Shown: one piece after another, positions 51,302-60,658 of the stretch
Numbering within the stretch: the stretch's first letter is position 1
Layout: every line of letters starts with the position of its first letter
From: Limnothrix sp. BL-A-16
GTDB lineage: Bacteria > Cyanobacteriota > Cyanobacteriia > CACIAM-69d
DNA: 64,000 bases
NCBI GenBank assembly: GCA_041937175.2
Contig: CP166615.1
Coordinates: 2,336,001 to 2,400,000 of the forward strand
Direction: 5' to 3'
The notes under the pieces: model-generated
The model's input: the letters and a program-made list of their open reading frames with translations, nothing else
What the model was told of the DNA's origin: nothing
Database searches by the model: none
Program-made: the position numbers and the translations under genes

Positions 51302-53140
51302 TTACGACGTTTTTCGAGGGAGGCGGCGCGAGGCCCTTGGGGAGCGATCTCCCTGTCGCAACCGGGCGGCTCGATCGAGTAGGGAATCGGCAAAGGCATT
51401 GGCCGCCGCTAGGGTTTCTGTGGAACCCGCCGGGCCGTCGAGGCCCCCGGCCAGTTGGGCCAACTCCAGCCGACGATGTTCGGCTCCCAAGGAACTGAGG
51501 CGCACCACGGTGCGGATGCCTTCCCCATCCCCTTGATCGGCCACCGACTCGGCCAGCGGGGTGCTAATCGTCACCTTGGCCACGCGGAAGTGATGATCGG
51601 CCATGGCCGCCACGATCGGCTGGTGCGTCACGCAAAGCACCTGGTGATCTTGGCTGAGGTGATGGAGTTTTTGGGCGATCGCCTGGGCCACCCGCCCGGA
51701 AACCCCCGCATCAATTTCATCAAAAATCGCCGTTTGTACCTGGCTCACCTGGGAAAAACAAGCTTCAAACGCCAGCAAAAAGCGGCTCATTTCCCCACCG
51801 GAAGCCGTTTCGCTCAGGGGTTGCAAGGGTTCTCCGGGGTTAGGACTGAAGGTGTAGGTGATTCGATCGAACCCGGCCGACGAAGGGGGAACCCGCCCAA
51901 ACTCCACAGCGAACTGCACCCGCTCCATGGCCAGGGGAACCAATTCCGCCACCAGTTGTGTTTCCAGATCCCGCGCGGCCCGGCGACGCAGTTGATGCAG
52001 GCGATCGCACTCGGTTTCAAGGGCTTGATAGGCCGCTTGGTATTGGTGCTCCAAAGACTCCAGGGACTGCCCCCCGTCCGTCAACTCCGCCACCCACTGG
52101 TCCAGCTCATCGCGCCGCGCAATCAGAGCACCCAGATCGAGGTTATATTTCCGGCAAAGGGCCTTGAGTTGCATGATCCGCTCCTCCACCCACTCCAGCC
52201 GATCGGGATCGCTTTCCAGGCTGGCTCCGTAGGCGTTGATTTGCAGCCCCGCCTCCGTGACCTGGGTGAGGGCGCTGGTCACCATCTCCAAAATGGCTTC
52301 CACCTGTCGATCGAACCGGGCCGATCGCTCCAGTAGGGCTTCCGCCTTGCCCAACAGTTCCGCGCAGGAAGCCGCGTCATCGGCCCCGGCATAGAGCAAC
52401 TCATAGGCTTGGTAGCTCTGTTGTTGCAAATCCACCACATGGGTCAGGCGATCGCGCTCTTGCTCCAGGTCAGCCAGTTCCTGCGCTTCCGTGAGGGCCG
52501 CCGCCATTAACTCCTGCAACTGGAATTGATAAAGATCGAGTTGCTGTTGTCGCTGGGCTTCCTGTTGGCGGCGGTTGCTCAGTTGCAGCCACAATTCTTG
52601 GGCCCGGTCATAGGCTTTGGCCACGGCCGATCGCTGCTTCAAAATTGGTGCGCCGCCAAATTCATCCAGCCAATCTCGCTGGGATTCTGCCTGCAGCAAT
52701 TGCACCGTTTGCCCCTGGGCAGCAATGGTCACCAATCGATCGCGCAGGATGGCCATGCGGGCCTTGGGGATGGGTTGCCCATTGCAACGAAACCGGCTGC
52801 GCACCGTGCTGCGGCCGCCTTTGCCTCCATCGCTATTGCCGGGACTGCTGACAATTTCCACGCTGCAAACCAGCCGATCGCCTGTCATATCCCATTGCTG
52901 CACCTTCAGCCAGTCCCGCAGCGATCGATCAATGGCAAAGGTCGCCTCGATTTCTGCCCGATCACAGCCTGTGCGGATCGATCGGGCCGTGATCCGCCCG
53001 CCCAACACCGCCTCGATCGCATCGAGAATAATCGACTTGCCCGCGCCCGTTTCTCCCGTCAGCACATTCAGCCCGGGCCCAAGGGTCACTTCCAGCGCAT
53101 CCACCAGCGCAAAGTTTTCAATCCGCAATGACAGCAGCAT
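51302..53140 (-). CDS. recN: DNA repair protein RecN
   Basis: IENFALV, TGETGAGKS, ASGGEMSR, IFDEIDAGVSG, CVTHQP. Confidence 0.96.
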   Translation of the reverse strand: MLLSLRIENFALVDALEVTLGPGLNVLTGETGAGKSIILDAIEAVLGGRITARSIRTGCDRAEIEATFAIDRSLRDWLKVQQWDMTGDRLVCSVEIVSSPGNSDGGKGGRSTVRSRFRCNGQPIPKARMAILRDRLVTIAAQGQTVQLLQAESQRDWLDEFGGAPILKQRSAVAKAYDRAQELWLQLSNRRQQEAQRQQQLDLYQFQLQELMAAALTEAQELADLEQERDRLTHVVDLQQQSYQAYELLYAGADDAASCAELLGKAEALLERSARFDRQVEAILEMVTSALTQVTEAGLQINAYGASLESDPDRLEWVEERIMQLKALCRKYNLDLGALIARRDELDQWVAELTDGGQSLESLEHQYQAAYQALETECDRLHQLRRRAARDLETQLVAELVPLAMERVQFAVEFGRVPPSSAGFDRITYTFSPNPGEPLQPLSETASGGEMSRFLLAFEACFSQVSQVQTAIFDEIDAGVSGRVAQAIAQKLHHLSQDHQVLCVTHQPIVAAMADHHFRVAKVTISTPLAESVADQGDGEGIRTVVRLSSLGAEHRRLELAQLAGGLDGPAGSTETLAAANAFADSLLDRAARLRQGDRSPRASRRLPRKTS

Positions 53141-53375
53141 GGACCGTTGATTAACCCCACTCGCCTAGCGCTCTCCTAGCTTAAGGCGTGTCGCCTACCA
53201 GGTCGAAAGGCTTGGCAACCGGGAAAGGCTTTCGGCGGCCTATGTTGATCCAGTCGGCCCAGCGGAATGGACGAGAAAACCGAAACAGAACTGATCGTGA
53301 CCCGCAACCAACGAAAACCAGATCGCCGTAGGGGTTGGGAAACCCAACCCTGACCTGAGCGATCGCGACTTTTCA

Positions 53376-53502
53376 GAGGATGTCTGAGAAGTATCTTTCA
53401 ATATGGGCTGAAGATTAATTGTCGTAGAAGGGGCTTGAGCATCTTGTCTACATCGATCTCTGGGGCGTACAGAGTAGCAATTTTGGCTTTTCAGACATCC
53501 TT
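53376..53502. mobile_element. MITE-like family B copy (127 bp) with TCA target duplication
   Basis: TIR GAGGATGTCTGAGAAG...CTTTTCAGACATCCTT; TCA on both flanks; variant core AAGGGGCTTGAGCATCTTG. Confidence 0.85.
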
Positions 53503-53524
53503 TCAGGTATTGATCAAATATCGA

Positions 53525-54670
53525 TCAAGGGCGCTGTTTCAAATAGGTTTCAATGGCTTGCCGAATATCTTGAGAAAATTGCTCCGTTGAAAACAGTTGA
53601 GCCTGTTTTTCAAGGGCCGATCGCATTCGGTTTTGCAGCTCCGAAGAGGACAGCAGAGCCACAATTCTAGCCACCGCTTCCTCATCATTGGCGAACATCA
53701 ATTCTTTGTTCTGTTCTCCGACAATTTCCACCTGGCCACCGCCCCGATCGCGCACAAAGGGAATCGTTCCCACCTTCACCATTTCCGCGATCGAAATGCC
53801 AAAGGGTTCCTTTTTCCAGTGGAGTCCATAGCGGCAACGGGACAGCACATTCACATAATCGGCATAGCTCAAGTTTTCGTAAAGGGTCACCCAATCGGCA
53901 TTTTCATCAATTTTTTGTTGTAAAAATTGCCGATATTTTTGACCATAAACCCCGCCACCACCGCCTGTGAAATAGAGCTTGATCGGAAAACCCTGATCGC
54001 GCACCCGCTTCAAAATTTCCAGCACCCGATGCGGTTCCTTGGCTTTGGTCAAGCGCCCACTACAGATAAAGGCTTCTTCGCGATCGGGCCAAGCCACCGT
54101 CGGCGCATCCACAGCCACGGGCGGATAAACCACCACCGGTTGGCCGCCATACCGCTCCTGAGTCACCGTGGCCACCATCCGTGAATTGGCGATCGACCAA
54201 TTGCGCCGCATTCTGGCTTCTGAAAACTGCGAAACCCAATAGAAATTCCGATTTTCTAAGACACCCACCCAATGGACATATTGCACCCCATCGCAGCCCA
54301 AATCAATCGCGTTGTAGCCAGAAACTGCCAAGTTATATTGCCGACTAAATTTCTTGAAAAATCGGATGCAAAAGTGGCAAAAAAACTTACGAAAAAACTG
54401 ACTATTGGCGATTAGAAATTCCACCAAATTCTTGAAGGGCGCTGGAATGCAATGGCGCACTTGCACCCGATCGGACAGTTGGGTTCCATAGAGCTGATTT
54501 AACCGATTGAGGTCGAGCGGGGTCAGTGTAAATAATGTCAAGTCATAGTCTGCCTGCAACGCATTCAACATCCACAGGGTCACGGCTTCCGCTCCCCCAC
54601 CCGCAAAAAACGGATAAAAAACCGCGATCGTGGTGGGAGTTTGGGGGCGGGGGTGTTGTTCTGAGGTCAC
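53525..54670 (-). CDS. Glycosyltransferase family 4
   Basis: GGGAE N-terminal motif, VVYPPV, SGRLTKAK, EPFGISIAE. Confidence 0.9.
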   Translation of the reverse strand: MTSEQHPRPQTPTTIAVFYPFFAGGGAEAVTLWMLNALQADYDLTLFTLTPLDLNRLNQLYGTQLSDRVQVRHCIPAPFKNLVEFLIANSQFFRKFFCHFCIRFFKKFSRQYNLAVSGYNAIDLGCDGVQYVHWVGVLENRNFYWVSQFSEARMRRNWSIANSRMVATVTQERYGGQPVVVYPPVAVDAPTVAWPDREEAFICSGRLTKAKEPHRVLEILKRVRDQGFPIKLYFTGGGGGVYGQKYRQFLQQKIDENADWVTLYENLSYADYVNVLSRCRYGLHWKKEPFGISIAEMVKVGTIPFVRDRGGGQVEIVGEQNKELMFANDEEAVARIVALLSSSELQNRMRSALEKQAQLFSTEQFSQDIRQAIETYLKQRP

Positions 54671-54857
54671 GATGAAAAACCAATGAGCGACGAGCGATCG
54701 ACCCGGCCAAGCAGCGGGCCCAGGTCGGGGGCCAATCCACGGGGCGATCGGCTGGGGCCATTATCGCCTAGCCTAACTTTCCCCTCTTTGCCCGCCAAGG
54801 ATTCAGCCAACCGGACAATTCCCCCAGGACGCTCGCTCCGATCATTTCGATCATTTT

Positions 54858-54949
54858 TTGACAATCATCGGTAACCCGATCGGGAAAGTGGACTTTTTAA
54901 GACAGGAGTGATACCATGCACTGCATTAAACGGTAATCCGATCGGAAAA
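54858..54949 (+). promoter_or_regulatory. TTGACA followed by two copies of CGGTAAYCCGATCGGRAAA (54869-54887, 54931-54949): candidate operators
   Basis: Near-identical 19-mers 62 bp apart upstream of the sulfurtransferase. Confidence 0.6.
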
Positions 54950-54999
54950 CCGGTCTTTATAGATCCAAGCAGTTCAAGGGCAAATGAGGGTTTCGACAA

Positions 55000-55995
55000 A
55001 TGGGCAGAATCAATGGCAGCGATCGTTGGACAAAACGAGCGTCTCGGCGTTGGCACTTCACAACCTGGCTGTGGGGCATGTTGGCGATCGCCCTTGTGGT
55101 GTTGTTGCCCACTTGGGCCTTGCCCGCCGTCGCCAATGCTCCCAAGGCGAAAATTGAATTTGTGTCACCCCAGTGGCTCAGCCAACATTTGAGTGATACC
55201 AACTTGCGCGTTTTGGATGTACGCAACTCGCCCCTGGACTACATCGGGGGCCATGTTCCCGGCGCTGTGCATATTGCGGATTTAGCCTTTCGCGGCCCCG
55301 ATGGCTTTTTGCCGGTGCAATATTGGGACAACGAAAAAATCGCATCGCTCTTTGGCAAAGCCGGGGTTAACAATCGCCAAAAGGTCGCCGTTTATTCCAA
55401 CGGTAATGACGTGTTAGGCGCAACCATGGTGGCCTACTTGCTGGAGCGATCGGGAGTCAAAGACATTGCGATCGTGGATGGCGGTTTTGCCGGTTATCAG
55501 GCCTCGGGCCAAACCGTCACGAAGGAATATCCCCGGTACGATCGGCAAACATTCCAACTCAAAGACGATCCCTCCGTTCGCGTCGCCCTGGCCGATGTGC
55601 GGAAATTAATTGGTCAACCCAACGTAGTTTTCATTGACCCGCGCCCTCCGGAATTATTCAGCGGTGAAAAACCCCTTTGGGTGCGAAACGGTCACATTCC
55701 CGGTGCCAGAAACATTCCTTGGCCCACCTTTACCGAAGCCAACAATTCCCAGGAAGCGCTCAAGAATCCCCACAAGCTGAAATCCTTGGATGAAATTCGG
55801 CAAATTCTGGCCAGCCGTAACATCACTCCCGACAAGCAAATCATTGTTTCTTGCAGCACTGGGCGGGAAGCTACCTTGCAATATGTAGTGCTGAAGCATC
55901 TTTTGGGCTATCCCAATGTGCGTATTTACGAAGGGTCTTGGACTGAGTACAGCACCACTGATTTACCGGTGGAAACTGGCCCCGATCGCGCCTAG
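55000..55995 (+). CDS. Tandem-domain rhodanese/sulfurtransferase with signal peptide
   Basis: VSPQWL...LDVR, GHVPGA, GHIPGA, active-site CSTGRE, YEGSWTEY; hydrophobic N-terminus ending AVANA. Confidence 0.93.
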   Translation: MGRINGSDRWTKRASRRWHFTTWLWGMLAIALVVLLPTWALPAVANAPKAKIEFVSPQWLSQHLSDTNLRVLDVRNSPLDYIGGHVPGAVHIADLAFRGPDGFLPVQYWDNEKIASLFGKAGVNNRQKVAVYSNGNDVLGATMVAYLLERSGVKDIAIVDGGFAGYQASGQTVTKEYPRYDRQTFQLKDDPSVRVALADVRKLIGQPNVVFIDPRPPELFSGEKPLWVRNGHIPGARNIPWPTFTEANNSQEALKNPHKLKSLDEIRQILASRNITPDKQIIVSCSTGREATLQYVVLKHLLGYPNVRIYEGSWTEYSTTDLPVETGPDRA

Positions 55996-56154
55996 GAATT
56001 AATCCAAAGTTGACTGAACATTCAGTCCAGGATTTGGATTCTTTGGGTCGATTGTCAAAATTGGTCAATCTTAAACCCGTTGATCAGCATTGATCAGGGA
56101 CTGATTGACCAAGCCCCTTGATTCAAAATTACAGCCTTTACCTAGCTCAAGCCT

Positions 56155-56178
56155 GTAGGGCAGGCAATGCCTGCCTAC
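56155..56178. repeat. GTAG-type REP-like hairpin (GTAGGGCAGGCAATGCCTGCCTAC)
   Basis: Starts GTAG, ends CTAC, internal palindrome; a related GTAGGGGTTGGGAAACCCAACCC lies near 53327. Confidence 0.5.
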
Positions 56179-56299
56179 TCACTGCTTCATACCCCCTGTG
56201 ATGTGACGCACCAATCGTTCTAGGTCAAGGCTGTATGAATCGGCCAGCCTGAATTTTCTGCCAATTATTGCCCCAACCGAAGAACAAGGAGAGATAAAA

Positions 56300-56827
56300 A
56301 TGGCGCTATTTTTGGTTGAAGCATCGATTTTGAATCGGCATGTGGATGAAATTCGCACCGCTCTAGACCAAGTATCGAAGGCTGCACAGGCAACCCATTC
56401 AGAATTGATTGAGGCACAAATTGGTAAGGATCTTTTTCGACTCTTCGCCATCCTCAATGCCCAAGATGAAGTATCAGTACGCGCGGCTTTTTTGAATAGT
56501 AATCTGACGATCGAACTAGTTAAACCCGTGCGCTTGGTGGGGCAAGACCTGACTGTCGTTAGAACCCAAAAGGACAAGGCTAATTACCTTGTGGAATGGG
56601 ATTTGCCAGCGGGGCTGACGATGGACAAGTATTTGCAACGCAAGGCTGAAAAATCTCTTCTTTATGCTCAAGTTCCAACGGTTTCCTTTGAGCGAACCTA
56701 TGTTTGCGAGGACTTGAGTAAATGCCTCTGTTTTTATGACAGTCCCGATGAGGCAACGGTGAAGCAAGCGCGCGAGGTGGTGGGTGCGCCCATCGATCGG
56801 CTCACCAGTCTGGAAACGCTGGACTAA
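56300..56827 (+). CDS. DUF4242-domain protein
   Basis: YLVEW...F.RTYVCED.SKCLCFYDSPDE..V..AR motif; AAGGAGA RBS. Confidence 0.85.
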   Translation: MALFLVEASILNRHVDEIRTALDQVSKAAQATHSELIEAQIGKDLFRLFAILNAQDEVSVRAAFLNSNLTIELVKPVRLVGQDLTVVRTQKDKANYLVEWDLPAGLTMDKYLQRKAEKSLLYAQVPTVSFERTYVCEDLSKCLCFYDSPDEATVKQAREVVGAPIDRLTSLETLD

Positions 56828-56914
56828 GACTCAGGTTAATGCCCGGGAAAATGACCAATTTAGGGTCGATTTAGGTCGGTAATTTTGTAGGCAATCATTC
56901 TGTAGGCAATAGAT

Positions 56915-58153
56915 GTGAATACTGGTGTTGTCGATCCACAGGCAATCCGGGCTTTGCTGGCGGAGCAAGCCCAAGCAGTAAATGATGGCGAGGGTTACCG
57001 AGACAGTCGGAACTCATTGCGGCTGTTGGCATCGGTTGGCTGGCTCGGGCTGGGCATTCCCGAGCGCCAAGGCGGGACGGGGGGCACGCGTTTGGATGCC
57101 ATTGAGGCGATCGCCCAAACGGCAGAGGACTGCTTAACCAGCGCCTTCGTGTTTTGGTGCCAGCGAGCCTTTGCGGAATATTTGGTGGCCAGTGATAACG
57201 ACAAGTTGCGCCAAACCCTTCTGCCCCAGGTGGTACGGGCCGATCGCTTCGGTGCGACGGGTTTATCGAACGCCATGAAGCATTTGGCCGGCATTGAGGC
57301 CTTGCGGGTACAAGCCCGTTGGCAGGGGCAACGGTTACGCCTGGATGGCCATTTGCCCTGGGCTTCTAATTTGGTGCCGGGTGAGTTTTTGGTGGCGGTA
57401 GCGGCGGAAACCCCTGAGGGGGAAGCGATCGTGGCGGTGATTCCGGCGAATACCCCGGGCCTGTCGCGTAGTGCGGATTTGGATTTGTTGGGGCTGCGTG
57501 GTTCCAACACGGCGGCCTTAACCCTAGAAGGGGTGGAGGTTGATCGCACTTGGGTTTTGAGCGATCGGGCAAGGCAGTTTTTGCCGACTATTCGACCGGC
57601 ATTCTTGCTGTTGCAGTGCGGTTTGAGTTTGGGCAAGGCTCGATCGGCTCGGCGGGCGATTCGCAACACGCTCCAAACCCGATCGCAGGTCTTGCGGGGA
57701 GCCTTGCAGCAGCTTGATCACCGCTATGACGAGTTGGCCACGCAACTGCGGCAATTGGCGGCGCTCTCCGAGTTTTCCTTCGCTGAAACCCGACATCTAT
57801 TTGAAGTCCGCATTGCCTTAACTCGCCTGGCTGTGGATGCCATCACGTTGGAGTTGGAAGCGCAGGGGGGCGGGGCCTATCTCAACGACCATGCAACGGC
57901 CCGACGCTGGCGGGAAGTGGCGTTCTTGCCGGTGCTCACCCCCAGCTTGGTGCAACTGGAAACGGAACTGGCCCGCGTCACTCCCACCACCGCGATCAAC
58001 CCGGCGATCGAACCAGCCATCAGCCCCACGATCCACAACCCCTCCCGTACAACCCTGACCGCTGCCCCCGTTCTGGCTACGGGGGCCATTCCACCGTCGA
58101 TCGCCAAAGCCGCCGCGAGTCGATCGCCCTCCCGATCGGAGGTCAGGCGATGA
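56915..58153 (+). CDS. Acyl-CoA dehydrogenase-fold flavoprotein
   Basis: CLTSAFVFWCQR, GATGLSNAMK, LPWASN, LLGLRGSNTA, ELEAQGG.AY...RRWREVAFLP..TPS.VQL. Confidence 0.9.
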   Translation: MNTGVVDPQAIRALLAEQAQAVNDGEGYRDSRNSLRLLASVGWLGLGIPERQGGTGGTRLDAIEAIAQTAEDCLTSAFVFWCQRAFAEYLVASDNDKLRQTLLPQVVRADRFGATGLSNAMKHLAGIEALRVQARWQGQRLRLDGHLPWASNLVPGEFLVAVAAETPEGEAIVAVIPANTPGLSRSADLDLLGLRGSNTAALTLEGVEVDRTWVLSDRARQFLPTIRPAFLLLQCGLSLGKARSARRAIRNTLQTRSQVLRGALQQLDHRYDELATQLRQLAALSEFSFAETRHLFEVRIALTRLAVDAITLELEAQGGGAYLNDHATARRWREVAFLPVLTPSLVQLETELARVTPTTAINPAIEPAISPTIHNPSRTTLTAAPVLATGAIPPSIAKAAASRSPSRSEVRR

Positions 58154-59136
58154 GTGAGTTGCTGCCGGTGACCGTGGGCCGATCGCCGGATCTGTGGGAG
58201 TCCGGTGAATTACCCGATCGCGTCAATGCCTCAATTTTGCGATCGCCCCCATCGACCGCGCCTCAACCCACCGCACCTCAACCCGGTGTCGCCAACGCTG
58301 CCGCCGATCGGGAGACGGATCGCCCATTGCTGACCGTGCGGGGGTTAACCCATCACTACCCAGTAGGACGCGATCGAGTCCTGGCCTTCGCGCAAATTAA
58401 CCTCGACCTTCGCCCTCGGGAGTTGGTTTGCCTGCTGGGCCCCAGCGGTTGCGGCAAGTCTTCGCTGCTGTTGGCCATTGCCGGTTTGCAACGGGCCACG
58501 GCAGGGGAAGTGCGGCTGAAGGGTCAACCCATCCAAGAGCCACAACCATCGGTGGGCATGGTGTTTCAGGGGTCGGCCTTGCTGCCCTGGTTAACGGTAA
58601 CCCAAAACATTACCTGGGGCTTGAAGTTACGGCGAATGCCGGCCATTGCCAAAGCAGTTGCCCGATCGCGGGCGGCCGAAGCCTTAGCCAGCGTTGGCTT
58701 AGGGGGCGTTGAACGGGCCTATCCTCACCAACTCTCGGGAGGAATGGCGCAGCGGGTGGCCCTGGCGCGGGCCTTGGTGCGGCAACCGGAACTGCTGCTG
58801 TTGGATGAGCCGTTCAGCGCCTTGGATGCGATTACGCGCCGATCGATGCAAGCGTTGCTGCTTCAGGCGATCGCCCGCTACCCAGCAGCCGTGTTAATGG
58901 TCACCCACGACATTGATGAGGCCTTGGCCCTAGGCGATCGGGTGGTGTTGATGGATCGCAATCCCGGGCGGATTCGTCGCCAGTGGATTTTGCGATCGCC
59001 CCCCACAGACCCCAACGATCGCTCCCTGCGAGATCCCGCCGCCCAAGGGGCCCTGCGTCGCGAAATTTTAGAGGAGTTGTTAACCGTGATTGACCCTGTT
59101 GTTCCGCCCTCGATCACGAGAGGTGTGCAGCCATGA
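58150..59136 (+). CDS. ABC importer ATP-binding subunit (SsuB/TauB/NrtD-like)
   Basis: GPSGCGKSS, LLPWLTV, LSGGMAQR, LLDEPFSALD, VTHDIDEA; ATGA overlap with previous gene. Confidence 0.95.
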   Translation: MSELLPVTVGRSPDLWESGELPDRVNASILRSPPSTAPQPTAPQPGVANAAADRETDRPLLTVRGLTHHYPVGRDRVLAFAQINLDLRPRELVCLLGPSGCGKSSLLLAIAGLQRATAGEVRLKGQPIQEPQPSVGMVFQGSALLPWLTVTQNITWGLKLRRMPAIAKAVARSRAAEALASVGLGGVERAYPHQLSGGMAQRVALARALVRQPELLLLDEPFSALDAITRRSMQALLLQAIARYPAAVLMVTHDIDEALALGDRVVLMDRNPGRIRRQWILRSPPTDPNDRSLRDPAAQGALRREILEELLTVIDPVVPPSITRGVQP

Positions 59137-60455
59137 CGCGCGATCGCCAAGCCCGCGCTCGATCGAGCCGCGCCACCCCCCATTGGATTGCGCCCCCCTT
59201 TGCCAGCGGCCCCACAGCCGGCCTGGGTTGCGACTGCTGCGGCCTCAGCCGACGAGATTTCCTGCAACTCACAGGGCTATTCTCAGCCTCCCTGGGGGCA
59301 ACCCTGGCCGTCGGGGGTTGCCAGCCAACCCAAGGCCCCGCTCAATCTAGCCCCGCTGCTTCAGCCCCTGCGACACCAACGGCCCAACCCCCGGTCAAAA
59401 TTGGCTACCTGCCCATCACCGATGCGGCTCCCCTGTTGGTGGCCCATGCCCGCGAGCTATACCAAGCGGAGGGACTAACGGCCGAAAAACCAACCCTCTT
59501 TCGCTCTTGGCCGCAGGTGGTCGAAGCGTTTTTGGCCAGACAGGTCAATGTCATCCATATCCTGATGCCCGCCACCTTGTGGTTGCGCTATGGCCGCAAG
59601 TTTCCGGCCAAGATTGTGGCTTGGAATCACACCAATGGCTCAGCCCTGACCGTCTTGCCGGAAATTGATCGCCTGGAAGACCTGGGCGGTCGCAAGGTGG
59701 CTGTGCCCTTTTGGTATTCAATCCACAACGTGGTGCTACAGCAACTGCTGAAGAAAGCGGGACTGAAGGTGGTGCGGCGGCCCAAAGAGGCCCAGGTAGC
59801 CGCCAATGAGGTGAATTTAATTGTGCTGCCGCCACCGGATATGGTTTCGGCCCTCGCCAACAAAGCGATCGCGGGCTACATCGTGGCGGAACCTTTCAAC
59901 GCGGCGGCGGAAAACCTCAAAACAGGCAAAATTCTGCGCTTTACCGGGGATGTGTGGAAGGATCACGCCTGCTGTGTGGTGCTGATGCATGAAGACGACC
60001 TCACCCAGCATCCCGATTGGGCGCAGCGGGTGGTGCAGGCGATCGTCAAGGCCCAGCATTGGAGCGGCGAAAACCGCGCAGATGTGGCTGAAATTTTGTC
60101 GAAGGAGGGTGGCAAATATACGCCTCATCCCAAAGCGGCCCTGATGCGGGCCCTAACGGCCTACGACCCAGCCGTTTATCAAGCCCAAGGGGCGATCACC
60201 CATCCCGATTGGCAAATCGATCGAATTGATTTTCAACCCTATCCTTTTCCGTCCTACACCGCTGAGCTGGTGCGCCTGCTCAAGGAAACCCAAGTGGAAG
60301 GAGAAACCCAGTTTTTACAGGATCTTGACCCCGAGTGGGTGGCCCAAGATTTGGTGGATGACTCCTTGGTGAAGGCGGCCCTGGCAGCGGTGGGCGGCCC
60401 CGCTGCCTTCCGGCTGCCGGAAAACCTGACCCGCAAGGAAACGATTGCGCTCTGA
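59133..60455 (+). CDS. ABC substrate-binding protein (NrtA/CmpA/SsuA family), probable Tat lipoprotein
   Basis: SRRDFL Tat motif, LAVGGC lipobox, IGYLPITDAAPL, WNHTNGS, VAEPF, HACCV. Confidence 0.93.
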   Translation: MTRDRQARARSSRATPHWIAPPFASGPTAGLGCDCCGLSRRDFLQLTGLFSASLGATLAVGGCQPTQGPAQSSPAASAPATPTAQPPVKIGYLPITDAAPLLVAHARELYQAEGLTAEKPTLFRSWPQVVEAFLARQVNVIHILMPATLWLRYGRKFPAKIVAWNHTNGSALTVLPEIDRLEDLGGRKVAVPFWYSIHNVVLQQLLKKAGLKVVRRPKEAQVAANEVNLIVLPPPDMVSALANKAIAGYIVAEPFNAAAENLKTGKILRFTGDVWKDHACCVVLMHEDDLTQHPDWAQRVVQAIVKAQHWSGENRADVAEILSKEGGKYTPHPKAALMRALTAYDPAVYQAQGAITHPDWQIDRIDFQPYPFPSYTAELVRLLKETQVEGETQFLQDLDPEWVAQDLVDDSLVKAALAAVGGPAAFRLPENLTRKETIAL

Positions 60456-60658
60456 AGCTTTGGGGATCACCCCATCCAGCTCGCTTCAGTGCCAATTTCG
60501 CCGGGTCAGTTCCCGATCGATAGATCACAGTCATGCCGAGTCATGCCGATCTCGATTCACGCCGAGTTCGGGGAAGGGTGGCCAACGATTCCACCCATTG
60601 ACCCCACTCATTCAGCATCGTCAAGACAAGCATTAGGCATTGGAGGGATTGAGCGGCC

